Made by a program: the position numbers and the translations under genes. From Octopus vulgaris (Eukaryota): 64,000 nucleotides of DNA. Below the pieces are notes generated by a model. The model ran no database searches, was not told the origin of the DNA, and saw only the letters and a program-made list of their open reading frames with translations. Position 1 is the first letter of the stretch. Each line of letters starts with the position of its first letter. Positions 1 to 12,720 of this stretch are shown here, piece by piece. The stretch covers positions 18,476,001 through 18,540,000 of the forward strand of contig OX597814.1 in the NCBI GenBank assembly GCA_951406725.2, written 5' to 3'.

Positions 1-529
1 ACTCAAGTCATGGTAACTTACATTCATTTTCCTCAAATGAGAATTAAATGGCTTAGGTATCAGATTGCTCTTAAGCGAGTCTAAATCCACTTTGTTAGAG
101 CTGCCACAAAGACCATCTAGATAATTAAAGATATATATATATATTTCTTTATACGCTCTGCTAAATTTTAGATCACTTTTCTAACAAAACATCTTCCCAT
201 TCAACAGCCAATGTTTTTTTTTAGTGGAGGTGTCTAATAAATAATCGCCTCTGTTATTTTTACACGCTGTAGACTTCCTCTTTCCTCTCCGCTTCTGAGG
301 TTATTTTTTGTCACCGCTATTTTCCTTTATATCCATTGCTTGACCAGTTACTTTCAGTATTGATTGCAACATTCTTCCTCTAAATAAGTAAAGAACACAA
401 ATAAGGATAAAGAAGACTCATAGGAAATATATTAATTTATTTTCCCTAAAGAATTTGTGTCTGAGATAGATTGAAAGTTAAAGCCAGTGATTTGACACAT
501 TCGGCAGAGAAATATAGTTAATCCAAACA

Positions 530-745
530 AGAAAACAAAAACAAAAAAAAAAAAACAACAACGCAGGGACGTGGAACAAATAAAGTATTATTGGACGCTC
601 AGGAAAGAAGGGAAGAAGGAGGGTTTGACGTTTCGAGCGGAGCTCTTCGTCGGAAACATAGGAGAAGGAAAGATCCCGAGAAGGGAAGACAGGGGGAAAA
701 ATCGCTAGTGATACAGACGAGGTGCAAAACCAAAGAAACGTCTGC
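530..745 (-). mobile_element. Probable Penelope-like element terminal (pLTR) fragment carrying a minimal hammerhead-like motif
   Basis: The minus strand is pyrimidine-rich around a hammerhead-like core (623-657) and ends in a T/G-rich tail. Minimal type I hammerheads are typical of Penelope-like element termini. Boundaries are approximate. Confidence 0.5.
623..657 (-). ncRNA. Minimal type I hammerhead ribozyme-like motif (U4C variant)
   Basis: Minus strand reads GUUU-CCGACGA-A-GAGC-ucc-GCUC-GAAA-C-GUC-AAAC. It has stem I GUUU/AAAC, stem II GAGC/GCUC, a GAAA box and a GUC cleavage triplet. The core is CCGACGA rather than CUGANGA. Confidence 0.6.
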
Positions 746-2144
746 TACCGTTAAGGATGCGATAAAAATGGATAAATGTGGGATTAAGACACGGAAATGA
801 AAATGACAACGACCAAACGAGTGTAATTCATTTATACTATCTATGAAAAGGGCAATATATATATACATATACACACACACGTATATGTTCGTTTCCTGCC
901 TGTGGCTCTGCATATATATGTGTACACACACGCACACACAACACTCACATCCACATACATATTTACGTGTGTGTGTGTGTAAATACATTTATGCGTGTGT
1001 AAAAAAAACAGCTCCTGCCCAATTTCGCTCAATCAGGTTTCACTAAAACCATCATTGTAAATTCAACGTGATGACAGAAGTAATATACTTAAGGAGCACA
1101 TAGGTAGAATCTGAAACTGCTTCGATATAAAGCCTAATTATTTTCTATAAACACACTCACACACACACAGTCACGCACGCACGCACGCACATATGAATCA
1201 CAGCACGAGAAAATGAAAAGAGAAAATACATAAATACCCGGAGGTCCTTTAAAGTTTACCTTTACAAGATCTTTAATAGAGCATTTTTTTATCTTTTTTC
1301 CTTTTCAATCAAGCAAAGAAAATAAGCTTTGTGAATTAGAATAACAGAAGCCAATATAAGCCAATATGTAGTATTGCGACTAGTCTGAAAGAGATAGGAC
1401 CGTGGAAAAAGAAAAGAAAAAAAAAGGGAAGGTATAAAAAAAAATAATAAATGAGAAAACAATTGAATGTTAGAGAAAATAACAGTAGCCGCGGGAATAA
1501 GATAGCGAAGAAGTTTACTCCTTTTGACACCGAAGATGAATGATTAGACGAAGAAATTTTAGGAAGTACTGAACGGAAATATCCAAATATAGGTTATGCG
1601 GTGTGTCATTGTGAGGCAAATGTGATTTTTGGTTCATAGCACTCCGATCGAAAACAGACGTAAAATACTGATGTTTCAAACATGACATGTACTTAGTAAA
1701 TTAGTTCAGAGTAGTTTGTAAAGTTCTAGGCAGCTGATCATGTTACGATAGATGCATTCAACGTCAAACTCGATTCTTCATTTCTTGTTGTGAAATTTTT
1801 TTTATTATTATTATGTAGTTATTAAGGGTGGAATAATGATTCATAGGAACAGTTGTCGGGTGCAACGTGTTCGAAATTAACCACTAGAACTCTGCGATTC
1901 TCTTGCTCCATCTCTAACTTCCAGCCAGTTATTCTTGGGATGTTCATTCTTTCCTTTTTTCCAATTAGTTTGTAGTAGTCTAAGAAAGTCGTCTTTGATA
2001 TCTGAAAGATTGAATAATATATTGGTTTCAAATTTTGGCACGAGGTCAGAAAGACAGGAGAAGGGTTAAGTCGATTACATCGACCCCAGTTCTTTACTGG
2101 TACTTATTTTATCGACCCTTAAAGGATAGATTGAAAAGTATATT

Positions 2145-2717
2145 CTTTTCTACTCTTGGCACAAGGCCCGAATTTTGAGGGAGGGGGCTAGTCGATTACA
2201 TCAACCCCAATACGCAACTGGTACTTAATTTATCGACTTCGAAAGAATGAAAGGCAAAGTCGACCTCAGCGGAATTTGAACTCAGAACGTAATGACAGAC
2301 GAAATACCAATTTCTTTACTACCCACAAGGGGCTAAATACAGAGAGGACAAACAAGAACAGATAAAACAGATTAAGTCGATTATATCGACCCCAATACGC
2401 AACTGGTACTTATTTAATCGACCTCGAAAGGATGAAAGGCAAAGTCGACCTCGCGGGAATTTGAACTGAGAACGTAACGACGGACGAAATATTTACTACC
2501 CACAAGCAGCTAAACACAGAGGAGACAAACAAGGACAGACAAATGGATTAAGTCGATTATATCGACCCCAGTGCGTAACTAGTCCTTAATTAATCGACAA
2601 CGAAAGGATGAAAGGCAAAGTCGATCTCGGCAGAATTTGAACTCAGAACGTAACGGCAGACGAAATACTGCTAAGCATTTCGTCCGGCGTACTAACGTTT
2701 CTTCCAGCTCGCCGCCT
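2145..2717 (-). mobile_element. SINE family A, trimer (one head plus three body units)
   Basis: Three tandem copies of the body gttcaaattccgccgaggtcgactttgcctttcatcctttcggggtcgat. The head ggcggcgagctgg occurs once. Flanked by an 18-bp TSD with 2 mismatches (2127-2144 tagattgaaaagtatatt / 2718-2735 tagtttgaacagtatatt). Confidence 0.9.
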
Positions 2718-2862
2718 TAGTTTGAACAGTATATTAACACTGCTATGATGTTTCATTTTTTTAAATAATTGTTTCTTTTCAAAACTATTCCTTTCCCTTT
2801 CATTTTATTATTTCTGTGACTAATGGAATTTTTCCTAGTATCTCTTTAAACTTGAGTTAATA

Positions 2863-3111
2863 CGGGGTGGCCCAAATGTCACCCGACAGTAAATCAAAAT
2901 TCCATAAATACTCAATATTTTATTTTATTTATTCATTCCAATTATGAATATTTAATAATTGAATGCTGTGAGTTAAAATCACCATTTTTTTTTTTTTTTT
3001 TTCAACATTTGCCTATTTATTAGCGAAGTCTCATATAAAATAATTTTTTGTTTTAATCTTGGAATTAAAAAAGGTTTTGATTTACTGTCAGCTAAATTTT
3101 GGCCGACCCCG
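2863..3111. mobile_element. Tc1/mariner-type MITE
   Basis: Imperfect TIRs cggggtggcccaaatgtcacccgacagtaaatcaaaa / ttttgatttactgtcagctaaattttggccgaccccg, TA on both sides, AT-rich non-coding interior. Confidence 0.75.
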
Positions 3112-3632
3112 TATAGTAGTATTTAAATATTCTAATTACCACAGGGTTTAACGAATTTTGGTGAGTGAAACATTATGAAAGAATATTTAGATTTTGGCTT
3201 GACTCAAAGCTCAGCAACGACATAGTAATGAAAACGCGACTCGGTGAATTCTTCGAGTCAAGATCATACTACTACTGTCAAGGCATTGACGAGCAAGTGG
3301 GATATTGGCAAGAAGTCGTGTAAAATGAAGGAAACTATATGTTTTTGATCGATTTGTTAAAACTCTTGATGAAAAAACATAACGGTCCAAATAAATGGTA
3401 AAACAAAGAATCAAATTCATCTTACAATCAAATACATGCATATATATTATACATGCATACATATATTTGTGTATTTGAGGTATTATAGTCAAGATTGTTT
3501 CGCTGTGCCCAGCTATGATTGTATTATTTCGGCCATGACAATATACTGAACATGATTAACCATAGATGACAACGTAAATATAGAATTAGGTGGAGCATAT
3601 AAAAATTTGAGGGCAGAGGAGAATCATATATA

Positions 3633-4028
3633 CTAGCAGTATCGCTTGGCGTTGCTCGGGTTTGTAAGGGAAATAACTATATAAGCATTTTAGAGATGTA
3701 AAGTATAATAGCCATCTCAATATGGCTAACCACAAAGGGGAGGGGTGTTACTGTAGCTTTTTACGTTCTGAGATTTAATAATAAATTTGTAGAGAGTTAC
3801 TTCCCTTATATATGCCAAAAATGCATTAAAAATGAGAAAAATTGATAGTAATTTTATTTTGAATCGTAGACTCATCGTAGACGCGCACCAATACCCAGAA
3901 GGGCTAGACAGAAATCACGACTACAAGATACCCGGTTTTGGTTAAACTGCACCGCAAAATGTGGGAGTAGTTAGGAATCTAAATCGTAGGAGACAGACAG
4001 CACACAACCTCTCTTTTATATATAAAGA
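3633..4028 (-). mobile_element. Non-autonomous Helitron
   Basis: The minus strand starts A|TC(tttatatataaaa) and ends with a degenerate GC hairpin (ccgagcaacgccaagcg) followed by CTAG|T. The 3' ~60 bp is nearly identical to the element at 22192. Confidence 0.8.
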
Positions 4029-4212
4029 TATATATATATATATATTGAGAATTTATGGAATTTTGAAAAAGTCTCAAAGGATGAAACCGGTACTAAAATG
4101 TTTTTTACAATAAAATTATTTTAGCATTTCCTGCCTTGAGATATTTTCCTTACATACACACACCCACACACATATATAGATATATATATACATATATATA
4201 TATGTGTATATA

Positions 4213-4269
<57 letters not shown>

Positions 4270-4283
4270 ATATATACACACAT

Positions 4284-4327
<44 letters not shown>

Positions 4328-4949
4328 ACATATACACATATATACATATACATATATTTGTTTGTGCTTGTATATGTGTGTGGGGAAGAGAGAAAAATTA
4401 TCCTTACTCGCAGCATCAACATGTGTGTGAGTTTGTGTGTGTGTGTGTGTGTGTGTGATAAGGTGAAGAGTTTGTCGTCAAATATTGGCATCAATCGTTC
4501 GGGGATATCGATTTCACTCAATGAAAATCAAGATCATATAAGTTTATGACGCAAGCGTAATTGACTTGTCATGCCATAGATGTTTATCAAACGAAGTGTT
4601 ACATGCTCGAAATTTGGCCGATGCTCAATATCTGGGGAATCACCGTCAGACATAATAGGTAATCGTCTACAAGTGATGTAAACCTGGAGGAGGGAGACAT
4701 GGGCCATGGAGTATAGCTTTATAGTAATTCCTATCCTAAAAACAGATGACAAAAATAGAATATTTTCGATCTGTGTTAAAGCTATGCCTTCAATTATAGA
4801 ATATAAATGGTTGTTTATATAATTATATTTTTCTTAGAAAAATTCATTGTACAGGCATAGTTCTGTGTTTAAAAACCTCGCATTACAGCCACGTGGCTGC
4901 TTTTTCTGCTTTTGATATTTTTTCTTTTTTTTTTTCCTTTTTTAGAATT

Positions 4950-5565
4950 CAAATCCGTTACGTTGTACCTTGGACTAGTGTTTTCTACTATAGCCTCCGA
5001 CCGACCAATCATAACCGAGTGAATTTGGTAAAAAGAAACTGAAGACGTCTGTCGAGTGTATGCGGATATATCATAGACTCTTCCGTCGTTAGACGACGTA
5101 GGAAGGTTCAGCAATTTCTTGCCGAACAACCACACCGATGATTTGTTGATAGTGATCAAATGTTTGTATAGACATAATCTCGATCCTTCCATCGAATCGA
5201 CATCACCGGTACAGGTGCGTCTCGTGCCGTATGTCATATGACGAAATGATCGTAGAAGTACGTGAAATAAAGTGCTTTTCTTAAGAACACAACGCAACGC
5301 CCAGTCTGGGAATCGAAACCACGACCTCGCTATCGTGAGTGCAACACTCTGACAACTAAGCCATGAGCTTTCACATATGTAAATGTGTGTGTGTGTGTGT
5401 GTGTGTTGCTTTGTTTCGTCTCTATAATTGAGTGTTTCGATAAAAGAGACAGAATAAATACTAGGGTTTAAAGCAAATACGTACCGAGGCCCTTTTTTTA
5501 GACTAAACCTTTCAAGGCAGTGTTCCAACATGTCCGCAGACCAATATGACCGAAACAATTAAAAA
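4950..5565 (+). mobile_element. Old SINE family B copy interrupted by a family E SINE
   Basis: Diverged matches to the family B body (ctactatagcc..ccgacc..tttggta..gaaactgaaga) and tail (aaggcagtgttccaacatgtccgcag..tgaccgaaac). Confidence 0.6.
5078..5372 (-). mobile_element. Older tRNA-derived SINE (family E)
   Basis: Minus-strand head with A-box-like atggcttagttg and B-box-like ggtttcgattcc, then gttgtgttcttaagaaaagcactttatttcacgt. A related diverged copy lies at ~21040-21255 (+). Confidence 0.65.
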
Positions 5566-7043
5566 GGCAAAATGTTCTAAATTTCACACTATACTTGTTA
5601 CTTTATTTGCTTTTCTATATTTATTTATTTCCTAAACTCTATTCTTAAAGTCTGTAGTTTGCTTTGCTACTTCGACTGTTTTTAAAAATGATTGTTGTTA
5701 TTGTTACAATATTTGGCCCGTTTATATCTCTTTAACATTCTTGGTGGTAAGCTGTTTACATTATCGGAGTTTCAAAGAAATTTCTTTCGCTCTTTACTTT
5801 TGCAAGCTTAGTAAAATAACAAGTCTCAAAATCCTGTCTTTTAGCTTCAAGTGAAAATGAGTAAATAAATCACACGAACACAGTTTTTCAGTTGACTATT
5901 TTTTTCAAACTTTGGTATAATAAGTCAAAAGCGAAAGAAAAAGAATTAAACAAGTGAAATTATATTTCACGAATAAGCGTGAAAGGGTTGATGGACAGAA
6001 ATAGAGTCGTACAAGATTTAGAAAAATGTATACTTATATATAAGAGACCAAAGTGTACGTACGACGCTATATATATATATATAAATACAAGTGAAATCAT
6101 TAGAGTTAATAATGTTTCTTGATAAAAAGGCAAGAGATAAAACATCGAGTTACAAGTTCATTAAAATTTTGGGCGGTGGCATCACAACTGAGTCTGATTT
6201 TTCGTTAATGCAGTGTCTACTTCAGACATGCTTAAAATGTCGGACAAAATGTCGAGATACTATAATATTTTGTAAACATTATTCACAGATATAGTGTATC
6301 AAAATATAAATTCTTATAGAACACTAATATTGGAATGTGAAGTTCAATCTATTTCGGTTGGTGTTCGATCTAGTATCACTCATGTATGAAATGATATGCG
6401 CTAACCTGTACAGTCAGACCATCGGATGTTAGTACTGTGTTTACTATTTCTTGCACTGAACGCATCTTTCTGTCTATCTGTCTGTCTGTCTGACTGTCTC
6501 TTTATCTATCTATATATATATACATATACATATAAATGGAACAAGAACGTAACACACGACGATAAAAAATCCGGACAGATAGACGATACGAAGGAGGACA
6601 GGAAGAACAACAAAAGAACGGACAGGACAAAAGAAAGACGGGCTAACCGTGGCCTTCTCTCATCAGTCAAGTTTCCAGATTATCCCTACAGTTTCGGCCG
6701 GTTACACTTGACACTGTTCAAATCTGGATGACCCCAAAAATCTAAGCTAAAGGCAATAAATATTTTGCGAGAAAGCAAACGAATATGTACAACAACAAAA
6801 CAAAGAAAATGAAATAAAATAAAAGAAGAATATAAACAGAGAGAATGTTACCCAATTACAAATACAAACAAGAAAGTGACAACAGGTGTCTTTCGACTAA
6901 TAGGGATGAATCAAGTTCAGCCGGCGCGTGTGGATTGAAGGCCTTGACGCAGGAACATAAATGAACATCGGAGTTGAAAGTCAAGAGACAAGACGAGGAG
7001 ATGCTTCGTGTCTCGTAGTCAGGCCATATATATAGATAGATAT

Positions 7044-7272
7044 ATTTCTTTACTACCCACAAGGGGCTAAACACAGAGGGGACAAACAAGGACAGACAAA
7101 CGGATTAAATCGATTACATCGACCCCAGTGCGTAACTGGTACTTAATTTATCGACCTCGAAAGGATGAAAGGCAAAGTCGACCTCGGCGGAATTTGAACC
7201 CAGAACGTAACGGCAGACGAAATACGGCTACGCATTTCGCCCGGCGTGCTAACGTTTCTGCCAGCTCGCCTC
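7044..7272 (-). mobile_element. SINE family A, monomer
   Basis: Full head, body and tail ending gggtagtaaagaaata; high identity to the other family A copies. Confidence 0.9.
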
Positions 7273-7617
7273 ATATACATATATATATATATGAGTTGGG
7301 AAATAAGTCCAGGTAGATATAAAGTAAGTCTCAGAAGTGGACCGAAGAACAGAGTATTTCGAACAATTACTTTTGTCTTTATGCATGATGTACATAGGTT
7401 CAGAATAATCTTTGCAAAATAAAGTACCTCGACATTTTGTCCGACATCTTCAGCCTGTCTGAAGTTGACAGAGCATTAACGAAAGATCAGACTCGGTTCT
7501 GATGTCATATCTCAAAATTTTAATGAACTTATATCTCGGCATTTTCTCTCTCTAGCCATTTTATTAAGAAATCTTATTAACTCTCTCTCTATATATATAC
7601 ATACATATACATATATA

Positions 7618-7877
<260 letters not shown>

Positions 7878-8056
7878 CATATGTGTGTGTGTGTCTGTCT
7901 GAATACCACGGGCTTCCTTCAACATCCAGCTACCACAAGGTTTGGTCGGCTATAGTGGAAGATACTTGCCCAAGGTGTTATGCTGTGGAAATGAACATGG
8001 AACTATGTGGTTGAGAAGCAAGTTTCTTAGCACACACACAGCCACACCTGCGACTG

Positions 8057-8106
<50 letters not shown>

Positions 8107-8299
8107 GCGGTGGATCTATGTATATATTTATATATGCAAGCATATATACGCATATAAATTTGTGCAAGTGAGCATGTGTACGCGAAAGTGTATGCGCGTA
8201 TGTATGCGTCTGTGTGTCTGTGTGATAAATGTTTTTAGTTTTCTAAATTTCTTATAATGCATCAATATTAAGTTTTCTTCCTCCAATTTTGAAAATTTC

Positions 8300-9300
8300 T
8301 GTTTCTCTGGTGAATTTTCCTCCGATTGAAACCACGAAGAGAGAATGGTATTTCCCTATTATATTTTGACAGCGAAATTCTTCCACAAGATAAAGCAATC
8401 TACTGTAATTTCTTACAATCATGTTGAAAGCTAAGCATGTTCACTTCTCTTTCCGCTCTTCCATGTTGGGGGATTCATCGATGTGAAAATGATTGCTTCT
8501 GCTAACCTACTACAGTTTGTCTTTAACTTAAAGACTTTCATGAAGAAAACTTGCTTATATATAAACCTGATTATCTTACGTTGTGATATAGAAATCCTGG
8601 AGTGATATACGCATAAATGGTGGTAAAGCTAAACACAAGAGCTAACAAAGTGCTTTTAGATTTGCCTCAATGGTTTTTCGTGAACTTCCTGTATCTCACT
8701 TAATTCTCTTTGGCAACACGACTCATCGGCTTTTGACTTTTAATCATGCAAGATTTTTATTATATTGAAGCAGGTGTATTTAATGAAAGCATACATCTCA
8801 ATGAAACTAAACGACAATGCATTGAAACTTGTACGTCTTTTCCAACTGTGTAAAGCCACTCGAGCAAAGAAAAGTGCTTAGCCAAAGAAAACTATATAGC
8901 GCAAGCACTGGATTTTCAGTTTCACATGTAAAATATCTTTAGTTATAATATATAATCTATTCAGGCGGTGTATTATGTCAGTGACTTCACTAAGCCACTT
9001 AAGATATCTTTTGAGACAATGGTATAATCAAACATACAGCACTTATCTAATATTTTGAAGAGCTCTTTACAGGCAGAATATTCCTGGCAGTACACCAGCC
9101 TGACGTCAGCTTCCTCTAAAGACACACCCTCTCTGTTCAGTGCTCCTATTACTGCATCTCACAAACTAGAATCCATAGCAAGTTATTTACACAAAGCTTC
9201 GTTCCTAATATTGTTCCCCTTTAGAACTAATTTCCTCCATATATATTCCTAGCGACCACTACACTGCAACCATAAAAAATATTTAACTTCATTAGCATTA
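8300..9300 (-). mobile_element. Highly degraded Ty3/Gypsy-like gag-pol relic
   Basis: Minus-strand frameshifted motifs in pol order: a possible zinc-knuckle remnant (~9250-9280), AKHFSLL..SGFTQL (~8845-8882, cf. AKxFSxLDLxSGFxQ), LNTPAS (~8765-8785, cf. LxNAPATF), and LALP..PF (~8615-8635). Confidence 0.45.
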
Positions 9301-9700
9301 TCCAGTTTTATCTTCTCTCAATGGAAATCCAATTGACAATTTACTATCCACAGGATTTAGTAATAAACAACAGGATCTATTATTTATCTGTCCTCCACCT
9401 GGAAAGTAGGATTAAATTCGTAATATACGAAAGTCCGCTTTAAATTACTGATAGAAAATATGTTTCAAAAGTTTGTACAATACGTTTGTTTTAACGGCTG
9501 AAATTTAAGAAAAATATAGAATTAACTGTGAATCTTCGGATTACCTTTAAATCTTGGGAGGAAAATTGGACGAATGATTAAATGAAAGATATTAATGAGG
9601 AGTTATTTTCATGACGAAATTATATTTAAGAAAAAGACATCTTACCTTGTGAGTGATTTTAATACACCGAAACAGCATATATGTATAAGAATGCGTGCAT

Positions 9701-9785
<85 letters not shown>

Positions 9786-10446
9786 GGTGCGTGTGTTTTC
9801 CCCCTTTCCCGCCCAGAGCCTGACAATGTGTGTTTGTTTGTTTAAATCTCCGTACATTAGCGGTTCGGCATAAAAGTCTGATACAATATGTTAGAATTTG
9901 AACTGGGGTCGATTTATTTGGCTAAATTCTTGAAGGCGCTGCCCAGTATATCCACATTCCAATGACTCAGCAATTTAATAAAAAAAAACCCAGATGTATG
10001 ATGGTTTAGGTTATACTTGAATCTTCTGCATTTGTTTTATCTCTACTCGCTTTCAAACTGTCTCCACTAAATTCCAAGTTTCAGTTATGGAATTCGTCGA
10101 AATTAGTAAAGTCATATGAAAGGCTGTGTACTGTGAAAATTTTTATGGTGTCGAAAAACATGACCTGGTGTATTTCTACCGGATCATACCAAATGATTTC
10201 AAATCCCACCATAGCAAACTTTGCCGTTTATCCTTTCAGGGTTTATAATACAAAGCACAGAGCGAGTGCCTCGGTAGATTATATTGACTAGTCTCTTCGC
10301 CTCAAAATTACTGCAGACATGTGTAGATGGGACAATAGGAAAAGCATACGTAATGAGCTTCATATTTTAGAACATTCATTTTGATTGTTATCAAAAATAT
10401 ATAGAAAATGTAACACGGTAAATTCAACTATCTATATCATAAACGA

Positions 10447-10908
10447 GTGGAGGCGCAATGGCACAGTGATTAGGAGAGCGAAATCGCGATTGTAGGATCG
10501 CGGTTTCGATTCCCAGACCAGGCATTGTGAGTTTTTATTGAAGGAAAACACCTAAAGCTCCACGGAGTTCCGGCAGGGGGTGGTGGTGAACCCTGCTGTA
10601 CTCTTTCACCACAACTTTCTCTCACTCTTTCTTCCTGTTTCTGTTGTACCTATGTATATGTTAAGGGTACACGTGACTGTGGAGTGCTCAGCCACTTGCG
10701 CGTTAATAAATGAGCTGCGACGTCAATGGTGCCAAGCTGTATCGGCCTTTGCCTTTCCCTTGGATAACATCGGTGGCGTGGAGAGGGGAGGCTGCTTTGC
10801 GTGGGCCACTGCTGGTCTTCCATAACCAACCTTACCCAGTCATGTGCCTCGGAGGGTAACTTTCTAGGTGCAATCCCATGGTCATTCATGACCGAAGAGG
10901 GTCTATGA
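10447..10908 (+). mobile_element. SINE family C with tail type 3
   Basis: Family C head; tail ends gcaatcccatggtcattcatgaccgaagagggtc; 11-bp TSD atcataaacga (10436-10446 / 10909-10919). Confidence 0.9.
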
Positions 10909-11060
10909 ATCATAAACGAAAAAAAGCCTCATTTATATACATGTCTTGACAAGGGTAGATGATATTAAAGGTATTGACAGTGAGAAACCCCAAAGAGTAG
11001 ATTTGGTGTGTTGTAAATTAACCGAGTCACTAAACATGTCGAAGATTTCGCTATTTTGTG

Positions 11061-11117
11061 AAGATACTGAATATCTCGAAAGATACTGAATATCTCGAAA
11101 GATACTGAATATCTCGA
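11061..11117. repeat. Perfect 3 x 19-bp tandem repeat
   Basis: aagatactgaatatctcga three times with no spacers. Confidence 0.95.
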
Positions 11118-11297
11118 AAACCATTTCTGTAAAGAAAGAAAACTTCAGAATGTTCACAGCTCGAACAACTTTGATCGTGAGTCTGCGTTGAATGCTGACT
11201 TGGCGCTAATCAACAACAAGCTCACAACAGTCAGCACAAAAGGCCACCCGGGTGATTAACATTAAGTCGCAGTATTTGGGCTTCCTCCTGTCATTTC

Positions 11298-11721
11298 GTA
11301 TTTCTTTACTGCCCACAAGGGGCTACACACTGGGGTGGACAAACAAGGATAGACAAACGAATTAAGTCGATTACATCAACCCCAGTGCGTAACTGGTACT
11401 TGATTTATCGACCCCGATGAAAGGCAAAGTCGACCTCGGCGGAATTTGAACTTAGAACGTAGCGACAGACAAAATACCTATTTCTTTACTACCCACAAAG
11501 GGATAAACACAGAGAGGACAAACAAGACCAGACAAAGGGATTAAGTCTATTATATCGACCCCAGTGCGTAACTGGTACTTAATGTTTCGACCCCGAAAGG
11601 ATGAAAGGCAAAGTCGACCTCCGCGGAATTTGAACTCAGAACGTAACGGCAGACGAAATACCGCTAAGCCGCTAAGCATTCCGCCCGGTGTGCTAACGTT
11701 TCTGCCAGATCGGCGCTTTCT
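11298..11721 (-). mobile_element. SINE family A, dimer
   Basis: One head plus two body/tail units; 12-bp TSD tcctgtcatttc (11286-11297 / 11722-11733). Confidence 0.9.
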
Positions 11722-12644
11722 TCCTGTCATTTCTACCGCGTCAACAATGCATTCTGTTGATCAGAGCTGACGAGTCTCATACACACCTACACAGGCACTT
11801 CCCACCCTTCCTTACTCCCCTTCTCAACACCCAGACTCTCTTCACAGTCAGGCTCCATACAAACCAATATGTCTGGACATGTATGTATATGGTATGACGT
11901 TGCCTTTCACCTAAGAATCCTCTTTATTTTCTAGAATTCTCGCAGTCCATTCACATCTAATTAAGAGACATTAACCACGTGGATCTCCTCTTTATCAGAG
12001 GGCCTGCAAATGGAATGCGACAGACCCTTCCCTTATAAAGACAAAGGTATAAGAATGTAAGCATTAAGTAAAGAATAACTTTCATTTATTTATTCTGCTA
12101 TTATAACTTACAACAGTGAATTAGAAAACCATTTTATAAAAAGGTTTAATCGATATAACTAATCCCCGAAGTATTACAGATATCTTTTCCAACGAAATCT
12201 AAATGAATTTTAACTGAATATACTCAAAATTAGAAGAAAATCAAAGCATAGAATAAACCTGTTGTTCTATTCCTTCATTCCATCCGCCGCACTTCATAAA
12301 ACATTTCATCGATTAAAGTCAGATATGTTTATAGTATCTACATATTTTTATAAATCCCACAAGACAAAGGACATAATGGACGCCGACAGGAGGATTTTAA
12401 CTCGAAACTGAGTTGGAGTAAACTTAATACCCCAATGTATTTGAGTCGGCAATCTATAGACGCGACTATCTCCATCGTCCCAAAGGTTATATAAATGGAG
12501 CTTCTGTTCATTAATTTTCATTATTATGGACTTGTTTAATAGTTTAATATAGTAGTGTCACAGTATTGAACAATTTACTTGATTCCACGGCAAAGACATC
12601 ATAGTCCTGCGTGATTTTCCAGCAGTATGTGTGTATGTGTCTAT

Positions 12645-12720
<76 letters not shown>

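Noticed and set aside
4121-4549. ORFs rich in YI/IY, CV, HT, LSIY or poly-I/L here and throughout the window (e.g. 13598-13980, 19292-19750, 22779-23242, 27466-27780, 31793-32605, 46340-46786)
   Set aside because: They are translations of (TA)n, (TG)n, (TACA)n, (GATA)n and (AAT)n microsatellites, which lack stop codons in some frames.
7128-7316. Recurrent short ORF families (MRNWYL..RPRKDERQSRPRRNLN, MFIERKHLKLHEAPAG, RQASFSFRLPNPLTRHW)
   Set aside because: These are translations of SINE A, C and B copies, not a paralogous gene family; frames break between copies.
11061-11117. Direct repeats suggestive of a CRISPR array (also the SINE-A tandem units)
   Set aside because: There are no unique spacers and no cas genes, and the context is eukaryotic.
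11200-12040. Possible L2/CR1 3' remnant (QKATRVIN, FYR..) around the SINE-A dimer
   Set aside because: Only scattered short motifs; not enough to define an element.
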